A DNA stretch of 64,000 nucleotides from Carcharhinus amblyrhynchos (Eukaryota): positions 72,974,001 through 73,038,000 of the forward strand of contig OZ336882.1 in NCBI GenBank assembly GCA_965287045.1. The letters run 5' to 3'. The first letter of the stretch is position 1. Every line of letters starts with the position of its first letter. Below the pieces are notes generated by a model. That model did not search any database, was not told the origin of the DNA, and worked only from the letters and a program-made list of their open reading frames with translations. The translations under genes and the position numbers were made by a program. Positions 38,445 through 49,900 of the stretch are shown here, in pieces.

Positions 38445-38880
38445 GAAACATAGAAACTGGACGCAAGAGCATACCATTTGGCCCTTCGAGCCTGCTCTGC
38501 CATTCATCTTGATCATGGCTATCATCAAATTCAATATCCTGATCCCCTTTTCCTCCCATATCCCTTGATCCCTTTAGAACAGTTAAGCTCAATCAAACAT
38601 TCGTTTTCCTCTGGCTCAGAATCTAGGACGAAGGGCCACAGTGAAAAAAAACACTGAATCCGGAGATTTCAGCATTGAAGTTAGGAAACTATTCAGCACA
38701 CCGTTTTAGAACTTTGGGTCACCCTTCTGATTAAAGTAATTAATGCTTGGCCCATCAATCTCAGATCGATTGGGGTTTGCTAAGATAAGGTATCAATTTA
38801 TATCCAGGAAACGCGATTATATGGAGATAGTTGCCAGTTAACCAAATGTTCTTTGAATTACTGAGCAGGCTGAATATTCT
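38445..38880. mobile_element. Short CR1 3'-end remnants (38445-38580 minus; 38600-38880 plus)
   Basis: gaaacatagaaac...ggcccttcgagcctgctctgccattca...gatcatggct, followed by tctaggacgaagggccacag... Confidence 0.55.
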
Positions 38881-40831
38881 AATTGTTTCAAAAACAGCAA
38901 AGTTCGAGGACGAGCCCCTCAGCTTCCGACTCTATCACTCTCTAAACTCAACATTAAGTTGAAAAATCTATAACATAATGGCCGTCTCTGTGTTGTTTCA
39001 TGCTCGTTTTTGCTGGTTTTTTAAAATTTTCTTACATCTTTAATTATTCCTTTACTTTGCATTACAGGAGCTGTTATTCAGCCATCCGCGCCAATACCTA
39101 AATGGACAGATCTTTCTATCTTTACGATATCCATTGTCAGCTGCTTTGCATTCTGAAACATGGAGCCATTTGACATTTAATCCTCCTCCCATCTCCCCTC
39201 TCCCCTCTACTAATGACCTTATCTGAGGCTCATCACCCCACGCTCGCCGCTTCAGCTCCACATACAGCTGCTCAAAATTTCTTACATTTTTACCGATATT
39301 ATGTCTTTAAGAAATGCAGTTTAATCACGTTTCTCTGCAGGTTTTTCAAGCAGGTCCCAGCATTTAATTGGTACCCTGATGTCTAACTGGGTCGTCTAAT
39401 TGTTACTGAAGTAATATAATGGACATTATAGTTTTTAAAATCTGGTCAGATGCAGTGTTCTGGGTTTTAATGTTTCTTGGGATTGCTGAGTGGAGTTTTA
39501 TTTGGGGATGATTGACAAATGAGGTGATACGCATGGAGGCAGTTTTTTTTATCCACAGAAAAGTCTAAATTTAGTTTCATGTCTCAGTTGCTGATAGAAG
39601 CTGGTGGAAGAAGGTACTGCGTCTCTCTCCCCAGATGCTTGAAACATTTTTATTAGATTTGATTTGACTTTAGAATACTATTATAGTATAGTATTAGTAT
39701 AGTATAGTGTTCGTGAAAAGTAGCTTCTGTTGCATTTACAGACAAAGCATACTGTTCAAACAGAAGGAAAGGAAAGAGTGCACTGGATTACCCATGCTGG
39801 AGAAGCAAATGAAAGTGGATCCAAGATTGTACGATTAGAGAGATCACAGCAATAGTTGATAATAAACATGGTACAGAAAACTCAGAAACCACCTTTAACT
39901 ACAATTGTTGTGACAGAGACACGGTTATATCAAGTTACGCGTAAAAAAAATGCTAATGCGGCAAATAACTGAAAAAAAAGTTTCCATGCAAGACAATGGT
40001 CATCCAACACAGACTTTCAATGCAGAGCTGATTGCAATGCAACAAGATGACTGAGGACATGTGATCTGGTTCTCAGAGCATCGGAATGCTCTGTGAAAGG
40101 AGGAATTCAGGGAACAAATGCTGAGGCAGCTAAGAGAAGTACAATAAGATACAACAAACACCGTGGAAGACTGGTGGAACTGCATGGCCGACATGATTGG
40201 AAAACACTAGTGAAGAAACGTTGTGAACGATGTTCAGGGTGGCTCAGGCTGGGAAAATGGAAAATAAAAATAAAGTAAGTACAGTCAATGAAAAAACTGT
40301 CCCGTTTAAGAAATAGAAACAGTCACTTTCACGGAAGATTACGAAAATTACGAAAAAATAACGAAAAAGTAGTTTGGAGAGAAAGGCTTTGGATGAAACA
40401 TATAAAAGTCTCAAAACCAAAGAGCGACAGAACGTTAGATTGAGAATCGCAATTGTTGGAGATAGATGTGGAAAAATTTGGAAACTGATCCAGCTAAAAA
40501 AAGGTGCAGCTCCGTGATCCTTAGACATGTAGTCCTAACTATGAAATCGTTACCCGCATTTTTCAAGGAAATAAATTCAATTCACATCAAATAATTTTGC
40601 AACATCAAAAATGGTGACATTGAAAACCACAACGAAAACGATGAATGAAACTCCCACCACATAAGGAAACATCTACAAGACATCTATGAGTGAATGTCGT
40701 CATATACTCCAGAAAGTTAAGCAATGGCAAGAAGAAACGACAAGGACGGGATATTAATGAGTTTTGGATGCTGATATGAATGTATGAAAATGAAGAAGAC
40801 TAGGAACCAATATGCAATCGATTAGTTAGGA

Positions 40832-41150
40832 GGAGCGGCATGGTAGCACAGTGGTTAGCACTGCTGCTTCACAGTTCCAGCGTACTGGGTTCGATTCCCG
40901 GCTCGCGTTACTATATGTGTGGAGTTTGCACATTCTCCTCGTGTCTGCGTGGGTTTACTCCGGTTTCCTCCCATAGTCCAAAGTTGTGCGGGTTAGGTTG
41001 ATTGGTCATGGTAAGAAATTGCCCCTTAGTGTGTCCAGGGATGTGTTGATTAGTGGGTGTGATATGGGGATAGGGCCTGGGTGGGATTGTGTTTGATGCA
41101 GACTCGATGGGCCCAAGGGTCTCTTTCTGCGCTGGAGTTTTTTTAAGATT
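40832..41150 (+). mobile_element. HE1/V-SINE-type SINE
   Basis: GGCATGGTAGCACAGTGGTTAGCACTGCTG...GGTTCGATTCCC...GTGTCTGCGTGGGTTT core and LINE-like tail. Confidence 0.9.
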
Positions 41151-41319
41151 ATAGACACTTGAAAGAATTTAGCTGAGACAAAATTGAAATGGTTTGGTGA
41201 TGTGTTTTGGAGAAATAAAGGGACTGTTGTGATGTATCAGAAACGAATATTTGTTAAATGATTGTAAATAATGTCACTGAGGATTACACCTGTTGGGCTC
41301 CCTGGAGCTTTGGTACGAG

Positions 41320-41327
41320 TATAAATA
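41320..41327 (+). promoter_or_regulatory. TATA box upstream of the orphan exon 1
   Basis: TATAAATA about 80 nt upstream of ATG 41401. The paralogs carry TACATAAAT at a similar distance (~2205, ~17815, ~52118). Confidence 0.5.
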
Positions 41328-41400
41328 TAGATTCCCTTCCAGTGCTTCATCATGCGTCAGTGCTTTCAGCTGCTCCAGAAGTCATCCCTTCTCACAGAAT

Positions 41401-41470
41401 ATGAGGAACCCCGTTATTCTGTTGGTGAAAGAGATTTACTACCCGGTTCTCACAGCTGTTGGGCTTCCCG
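41401..41470 (+). CDS. GPR139-like: Divergent GPR139-like exon 1 with no adjacent exon 2 (MRNPVILLVKEIYYPVLTAVGLP); orphan or alternative first exon
   Basis: Exactly 70 nt from ATG to CCCG|GTGAG, the same length and phase as the three paralogous exons; same IL..K(D/E)IYYP.L...G.P motif. No 7TM ORF lies between 41470 and 52204. Confidence 0.8.
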
Positions 41471-41959
41471 GTGAGCCATTGAAACCATTTGTTGTTAATT
41501 GATGTAAACTGTGTATTTTTTATTGCAATTTATTGCATAAGGGAACGTGTTTCCAGCATTTTGTAATGGATAGTTGCCGGGGCGAACTCATAAGCAGTTT
41601 GATCGCACCATCTGTGTTTCTCTTCATCTGGAAACCTTACTAATGTGATCATACTATTCACTGAATGTTCCTTAAATGTGACCGAAATTCTGACTGTCGT
41701 GTCGTCCAGCGCAGAATGAGATCCGCAGTCGCTTATTAAATGTTTGTTTGGGATTCAATTTTTAACACCGTTTTTATTGAGAATATTCAACTTTATATTC
41801 TGCGCGATATGCAGACAAATCCCCAACACAGTGCAGAATGATCATCATTTCACATATATAGATAGAGAAGACAAGCATAGATTAATACAAATAATTCAAG
41901 GAGACAGCAATCATGGTCACTGTCGTTGTTGCCGCGCTTTCTTTTGCATGAATATTGAG

Positions 41960-42500
41960 AGGATAACAAAGAAACATTGCGTGAGAAATCAGGGCAACAT
42001 AGTAAGGCCATAAAAACATTTCACGATGGTGCACACTTTTTCACGGGATAATACAATAAAAGAAAGTCTTTGGGACAAGGCGCGTTGGAAGGCAGCATCG
42101 AAATAGGGGATAACCCTGTATGCTGATTTCCCTCGGCTCAAAGGGGATCCCAGTGCCAAGAAGATACCCCTCCTCCCCCACCCCCCCAGAAAACCAGCAC
42201 AAATATACTCGAAGCTCAAAGACCTATCAACCATGAACGGGCGAGCACCACTACATATCTTCCCCACCCTCTCACTCATCACAAGCGACAAAGGCAAGAA
42301 AAATCCAGACCACCCCTGGTTACCTACATACGCAAACATTGGATAAGCACAGGATTTCTTAGAGGCCGAATTTTTGACAAAGACAACAAAGAAAAAACAA
42401 ATCAATATTCCTAATGGGCTGTCCTCACCAAAAAATATGATTTGAAGCAATTTCAATAATTACTACATCTATCCATTCGACTTCCACCATGCTGTGACGC
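41960..42500 (-). mobile_element. L1/Tx1-like LINE 3' fragment
   Basis: gaaggcagcatcgaaatagggga and aaagaaagtctttgggacaaggcgcgttgg resemble the 3' part of fish L1/Tx1 ORF2 on the minus strand; A-rich flank. Confidence 0.4.
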
Positions 42501-42549
42501 TATTCTTTCTCATTGGTAAAGCAAAGGTCCTGCAAAATAATTAACTCAT

Positions 42550-43585
42550 TCTATGCAATTGGATAGGATATGTAAAATTATACATATGTATCGCATGAGC
42601 TTTAAGACATACAAACTACTCAGAGTGCTGGCCGAGAAGAAAAAAGTAAGAGGGCACACGACCCGCAACGCAGGTCCCCCTCCCCTTCCACTGGCGGATC
42701 ACCCAGAGGAACACCCATCAGTAAGGAAAAAAATGATAGCAATCCAGAATTTACAGGATAACAATGTGTCAGCCAAGGGGAAAAGAGGAAAATGCCAAGC
42801 ATTTATGCTGTGATGATATTTATAATGCCTACAGGAATGCATATTCTTCAAGTAGTCGGTGTGTCTGGGAAGAATGCAGCTCAGGTGCTGTAGATGCAGA
42901 ATAAAAAACATACAGTGTTTGCTTAGGAAGAAGGTAATGGGATTCTGTTTATAAATGGAAATCTCGCATGGCTTCGGTTGAAGAAATGAATTGTATGCTT
43001 AGGTTGGTTGAGAGGGTTATATGATAATATGGTGAGAGGATCTATGTCTGTAGCAAGGATTTTGTGCTGGTTTAGTTTCAGTTTCGAGGTTTTTTCAGTT
43101 GTAGCTAGGGCTTGTTGGAGCTAGCGGTCGGCAAGTTGCCCTGATACTCAATTTCTCTCTGGCACTTCAAGTCAATCTGCATGCCTTTTAGTGAGTATGT
43201 TTATGGTTGCTAATTGTACTTAATGTCTAATTGTTCATCTGTAAGACAATTTTGATGATTTAGAATAGAACAGTAACAAGTGAGAAATTAAAGTTGTTTC
43301 CTTTCATTTTTCAATATTGCTGATTTTTAATGGCAAAACTGTGTCACTTTGTTAGGACTAAATTTAAACTATGTTATGAATAAAAATTATCTTGATATAA
43401 AGATGCCTAATTTATCAGTGAAATTCCTCCTGGAGTGAAGCATCCTGCCCTCATACTTATGCCAAAATAGAAAAAATGCTGTGTTCTGGTCTGGCCTTGG
43501 TGTTCTGATCTATGACAATATCAGCGTGCAATGCATCAACATATCAGGGTAAAATACAACATCACATAATCCGGAGTGTCACAAG
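42550..43585 (+). mobile_element. Probable Gypsy gag remnant followed by LTR-like sequence
   Basis: 42550-42950 resembles Gypsy gag; 43000-43585 has a TG-rich U3-like block and AATAAA (43379) and ends GTGTCACA. Confidence 0.35.
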
Positions 43586-43668
43586 GAAAACATGTTTAAT
43601 ATTACAGATGAACTGTAGGATATAATCCACTCATCGAGCTGGAAAAGGCTGCAACCATGACCATACTG

Positions 43669-43988
43669 AGAGGCACGGTGGCACAGTTGTTTGCACTGCT
43701 CTGCCAGGGCGCCAGGGATCTGGGTTCAATTCCGGCCTCGGGTCACTGTCTGTGTGGAGTTTACACATTTTCCCTGTGTCTGCATGGGTTTCCTCCAGGT
43801 GCTCCAGTTTATCTGCAGAGTCCAAAAAAGTGTGGGTTACGTTGTTTGGCGATGCTAAATTGACCTTAGTGTCAGGGGGATTAGCAGGGTAAATATATGG
43901 GGTAATGGGGAGAGGAATTGGATGGGACTGTAGTCGGTGCAGACTCAATGGGCTAAATATACTCCTTCTACACTGCAGGAATTCTATT
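43669..43988 (+). mobile_element. HE1/V-SINE-type SINE
   Basis: GGCACGGTGGCACAGT...GGTTCAATTCCGGCCTCGGGTCACTGTCTGTGTGGAGTTT...tail ccttctacactgcaggaattctat. Confidence 0.9.
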
Positions 43989-44429
43989 AAAAAAAGGATA
44001 TTATTGAGAAACATCCAGAATCGTGCAGAACTTCACCAAATTCTCCATTCCTCTATGATGCCATAATCCCAGAGCCCAGATTAGGCATAAACCGGGCCCC
44101 TAATGGGCGAGGAACATTGAACACAATCCTGCCTCCCACACTTCTCAACAAGCATTGAGGTTAAGACAAAGCAAAGCCGCTGGCCGAGGTCTCCAGCCGA
44201 ACACAGATATCAAAACTGGATGAAATGGCCTTCATGGAACTCAAGACACCCAGTGCTGAAATCGAGATTATGCAGGCATAGTACGCAGTTCTCAAACTCA
44301 GCTAAGAATCCCACAGCAGCTCTTCCTCCAACTGCGGGCATCAGTTCATGCATCATCTTCATCTGGCGAAGTTCCCTTCATTAAATAGGATGCTCAACAC
44401 ACCATGCAGCAGGATTTCCAAGGTCAAAG

Positions 44430-44860
44430 GTTAGCTTCCACCAAAGAAACAGACTTCGCTGGAGGCCATGCTCCTGTCTACATAAATGGGGATAAAATGG
44501 AAATGGATAGAGGCTTCAATTTCTTGGTGTCCAGATCACTAACTTGTTCAGGTTCCTCCACACTAATGTTTTCTCAGGAAGCTAAGGAAATTTGGCTTGT
44601 CCAGTAAAGCTCTCACTATTTTTTACAGATGCACCATAGAAAGTATCCTTTGCAGCAGTATCACAGCTTGTTATGGCTCCTGTTCTGTCCAAAACGCAAC
44701 AAACTGCAAGGTGTTGTGGACGTTGCCGAGTCCACATAAACCACCCTCCCTTCAATTGACACTGTGTGCACTTCGCGCTGTCTTGATAAAGCACACAGCA
44801 TAATCAAGGACCCTGTGCACCCGAGCCGTACTCTCCTTCACCTTCTTCACTGGAAAAATA
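44430..44860 (+). mobile_element. Rex1/Babar-like LINE fragment
   Basis: ORF 44597 ALTIFYRCTIESILCSSITACYGS and AHSIIKDPVHPS..L.HLL are characteristic of the Rex1 C-terminus. Confidence 0.75.
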
Positions 44861-44899
44861 AACAACAAGTGATAGACAGAGCTAAGCGATCCCGCAACC

Positions 44900-46640
44900 A
44901 ATGTATCAGAGCAAGCTCTGCAGTCCTGCAACATTCTGTCGCACATGGTGGTGGACAATCAAATAATTACTGTTGAAGGAGGCCCCGCAAGCATCTTCAT
45001 CCTCAGTAATGGAGGAGCCCAGCACTCAGTGCAAAATATAAGGTTGACAAATTTGCAGGAATCTTCAGCCATAAGTTCCAAGTGGATGATTCATCCCGGC
45101 CTCGTCCAGTGGCCCCCAACTTCAAATATGCCAGTCTACAGCCAATTCGATTCACTTGACCTGATACCAAGAGCTGGAAGCACAGAATACCTCAAAAGCA
45201 ATGGACCCTGATAACATTCCGGCAATTGTACTGAAAACTCGTGCTGCCAAAATTGCTGTTTCCCAGCCAACTCCTTCTAATGCAATTCAATCATTGGCAT
45301 TTACCTAACAGCTTGGAGAATGTCCTGTGCCCAAATCAGGACAATTTCAATCCCAGCATTTACCACTGCATCGGACAACTCTTGATCATCAGAAAAGCGA
45401 TGGAAGGCGCCATCAACAGAGCTGTCAGGCAGCACTTGCTCGGCAATGACCTGCTCAGTAGAGCCCAGTTTGGCATCAACAGAGTCACTCAGCTCTTGAC
45501 TTCTTTGTTTAAAACATCGAAAAATGGGCTGAATGCCAAAGGTGAGATGAGAGTGGCATTCAATCGAGCGTGTAATCAAACAGCCCTAGCAAAATAGGAA
45601 TCAACGGGCTTTGGTGGTAAAGTCCCAGATGGTTGGAGTCATCCCTGGTGCAGAGGATGATTGTTGTGTTGAGGGGGTCAGTGATCTCAACTCCAGTATT
45701 TCTATGCAGCCATCCATCGGTACAGTGTTCTAGAGCCAAACATCTTCAGCTGTTTCATCAATGACCTTCCCTCTATCATAAGGTCAGAAATGGGGTTGTT
45801 TACGGATGATTCAGCGCTATTCACAACTCATCAAAAACTGGAGTAATCAATGATTAAATGTAACAAAATCTGGCCAATATCCAGACCTGGGCTGACAAGT
45901 GGCAAGTAATAATCTGGCCATACAAATACAGGGCAAAGACCATCACCATTAAGGGGCAATCTAACTACTACCCCTTGGCATAAAATAGTGCCACCATGAT
46001 TAAATCGCCCCGTGAACATCTTTGGGGTTACCATTGACCAGCAAGTCAACTGGATTAGCCACATAAACACAATGGCTACAAGAGAGGGCGTGATGGTGGG
46101 AATAATGCAGCGTATAACTCACCTCCTAACTCCAAAAAAACTATCCACCATCTAAAGGCAAGTCAGGAATGTGATAGAATACTCACCACTTGCCTGGATG
46201 GCTGCAGCTCCAACAACACTCAAGAAACTTGACACCATCCAGGACAAAGCAGTTCGCTTGATTGGCACAAAAATCCACTCCCTCCATCACCGACGCTCAG
46301 TTGCGGTAGCATGTACCATCTACAAGATGCTTTGCAGAAATTTACCAAAGATCCTCTGACAGCACCTTTCAAACCCACGAACGCTTCCATCTAGAATGAC
46401 AAGGGCAGCAGTTATATGGAAATACCACCACCTGAAACTTCCCCACAAGCCTCTCATCACCCTGACCTGGAAATATATTGCCGTTCCTTTACATTGCGGG
46501 GTCAATATCCCTCTGTAACGGTATTGTGAGTCAACCGACAGCACGTGGACTGCAGCGTTTGAAGAAGGCAGCTCACCCACCCCCTGCTCAAAGGCAAAAA
46601 AGGATGGGCAATAAATGTTGGCCCATGTGCCACGAATTAA
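44900..46640 (+). mobile_element. Decayed CR1/L2-group LINE (RT plus 3' UTR)
   Basis: RT pieces AQFG, FINDLP..IRSE.GLFTDD and EYSPLAWMAAAPTTLKKLDTIQDKAVRLIG; 3' end gggcaataaatg...aattaaaaa. Confidence 0.8.
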
Positions 46641-46759
46641 TTAAAAATATTGAGACTGCTCTGAGGAAAATCAAATCCTTGCAGCTCGCTTGTACCCTGA
46701 AAATCTGAATTTGCAAATGCAAAAGTTCTAACATTCCATTTTGTGCGTGATCAGTGAGC

Positions 46760-46945
46760 GAAGAAAAAATGCTGAATTCTCCAGTCAGTGCAAATACGTG
46801 CTTAAAAGGTCCGGGGGCATCTGTGGAGAGAGAAACATAGTTCCTGTTTCAAATCCTTACGAATTTTCTTCAGAACTGCGGGGTATTTTCTTTTTTTATC
46901 TAATTTCAGATTTCCAGCATCCACGGCATTCTGCATTTCCATTAG
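46760..46945. mobile_element. Shark-type Penelope-associated palindromic repeat fragment
   Basis: aaaatgctg...gcatctgtggagagagaaacatagtt...atttcagatttccagcatcc. Confidence 0.55.
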
Positions 46946-49900
46946 CAAATCTACATAACTGTGCGCAGGACTGTGAATGATATAGTAATTTAAATCACAC
47001 ACCGCGGCAGGATTTGGATTAAATCTGTATCCGTCGACCTCTTGCTCTGAATTAATATTGTGAGATTCACACAGTCCCGATCAATTTTATCGCAGATGTG
47101 ATTTGGGCGCTGGGATTCCTGCATAAATCTGTCAATCACACTGATTTGGAGTGAAGTAGAAAAGACGTGTTTCTCTCTTACCCTGTTTGAATGTTAGATT
47201 AAAATATATCCCTGGAATTTGGGAATATCGTGGAATTGACTACTTCTGATGTCAGTGCCTGTGGAACTGATGAGCTGTCTGTGTCGCTGGGTCTCTGTGT
47301 TATGTTGTAGCTAACACGTGTGAGAATAAACTGCTTTCGTTTCCTATTCTTATACCTCAGGTGGAATGTTCAAAAAGAATCAAAGGGAAGGTATGTGATA
47401 TGATGGAGAGTTGGAGAGAGTCAATTAAAAATGCGACAACATGGCTAAAAAAAACCCCTGCATGGTCGAGGGAGGTAATGGGATCAGTAAAGAAACAAAC
47501 AGTAGCCGGATGAATGGCATGTCCCTGAATGGACGAAAGGAAAGAAAATAAGAGATGAAGCATCTTAAAACGGAACAAAATGGTGGTAGATATTACCATG
47601 AATGTTACGGTGTCCCATTAATGTCCCACATCATAAACGATCCATCAGGAACCAAAAGTAATGTTAAGGTCCACCGTTTCCAATTCCTTTGGCTTCCAGT
47701 GAACCAGTAAATTGTTTGGAATAATAACTGTGATCCTTTTGGAACACTCTGTGCCCTGATTTGCCTTCCGGTCATCCCAAAACATCCAACTTTGTATGTT
47801 CTGTGTTTTTTTTTTGTAGCAAAGTTGTTAACACTGAAATCTCACAGCACCAGAGACCCTGGTTTTATTCCTCACTTGCGTCAGGTTCTCTCCACGCCTG
47901 TGTGGCTTTTCTCCAGGTGCACTGGTTCCCTCCTAATAGGGAATGACATGCTGGTTAGGTGCATTGGCGATGTTAAGTTCAGCCTCCCTGTCCCTGAGAA
48001 CGCGCCAGCATGTAGCTTCCAGGTGATTTCCACAGCAACACCATTGCAATGTTAATGTTAGCCTACTCGTGACACTAATAAATGACCTTAAAACTTTCAG
48101 GCCTTTGTTGTAACAGAGATTTTCAAATTATTCACAGCATTGCACAGTGGCAGACATCTTTCAATCAATGTACTCCGGCATCAGGGATTCAAAGTAACAC
48201 AGGTTTAGACGAATCAATGGAATTTGTTCTACCATTCAAAGATCTCATAATTAATTTGTGCCCACCTCTATAGACATACGTGTTACAATTCCCCATTCTC
48301 GACCTTAAAAATATATACAGATAAAGCCATCCTTCTGGCTACCTGATGAAACCTCTAACGCTCTTAACCATCTCTCTATCGTTCTTTACATCTGACGTTT
48401 CCAAGGAGCTGCATTGCAAAATGTACCGGCAAATTATAATCAGAACACTGTCTCTGGAATGCAAGAGGAGTATTCTTAAAAATCTGCTTTTGTCCATTCC
48501 TCGATATCAATAATTTAAACGCCAGAATTCAAAATTATTTCAGTAACTCGGCTCGAATTGTTGTGAAGTTCAGTTTGTAAAGATATAATGGCAGGAGACA
48601 AAATGCATTAACAATTGTGTGTTCCCTATAAAAACTGATATTTTGTTGAAATACCCGGAGGTTTAAAATGCAAAGTACATCCAGTGGTCAAGATGAAACA
48701 TTTGTATCTCAATGTCAGACAATAATCTTGAATAGTAACCTGTTTGTGTTTGAATGTTGTCTAATTGATTTGAAGCAGGCACTCAGAAACCAAAAACCTA
48801 TAAGATTTGAAATTGATGGTACTGATAATGGTGGACGAATCCTATTGTAGGAAAGTTGATCGGTCACGGGAGGTGCAAAAGAGATTGCAAGGGGGGAGAA
48901 GAAAAAACATTTGGCTGACAATGCCATCTCTCAAGCCTTAAGGGAGATAGAGCACACAAATGCCACTTGCCAAGAACAAAGGGTTCTAAGCTTGACACAC
49001 CATGCCAGATTCAGATATCTCTCAAGTGAACAGATAATCTAACCAGTGAAAGGTGCAGAATCATAAATAACTCACAGACAGAAAATTCAACCGAAAAGCT
49101 TCAGAAGACTCCAAAGGATACCAAACCTGGTTGCATACTTACTGGGAGTGAGAAAACTATTGTTTCGTTGTTAATGAATGGACATTGGTTCTGTCAAATG
49201 AATGGACAACTGGCCTTAATGTGGAGTAACACTAATCAGTGTGGGTTCAATTCCAATATCGGCAAGGTTATTCAAAACTGATGGCCTTCTCAATCTTGAC
49301 ATTTTCTGGTTGAGCCACTACCACACAGTTGGGAAATATTTTTTAAACATGTTTTGTGGGGGGAAGGGTGGAGGGAGAGGGGGAGGGAGTGAGTGGAGGG
49401 AAGTGGTGTGGAAGGAGGAGGAGCGAAGGGAGGGTCAGGGAAGAGGGATGGAAAGGCGTGGAGGGAGGGGCGGGGGAGGGGGGGGCGGGAGTGGCGGGGT
49501 GAGGGAGGGGGAAGGAAGTGTTGAGGGTATGAGGAAGTGAGGGGGAAGTGACGGGGAGAGTAGGGGGATGGAGGGGGTGAGCGAGGGGGGAGAAGATGGT
49601 CGGGGGAGGAAGGAGATAATGTGTGGGTGAGTGGCTGGTGGTTGGGTTTAAATCGGGGAAGAGGAAAGTGGATATGAGTCCACAATCCGATCATTCTCGC
49701 TTCTGTATGTCACAATGTAAATTCCCCATAATGTTGCAGTAACGTTCCACTGTGTGAGAATTCTTAGATGGTACTGGACTGAAATATTGCAATGCCAGTC
49801 TTGCAAAACAGAAAATTGTTGATAATGTATTGGTGAATGTCGCAGTGAACTGTGTTCATACATTTTGAAAGAGAATAAGGAAGGCGATGCATCCGTAAAC

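Noticed and set aside
40832-40910. tRNA-like A/B boxes
   Set aside because: These are SINE heads, not tRNA genes; they continue into the SINE core.
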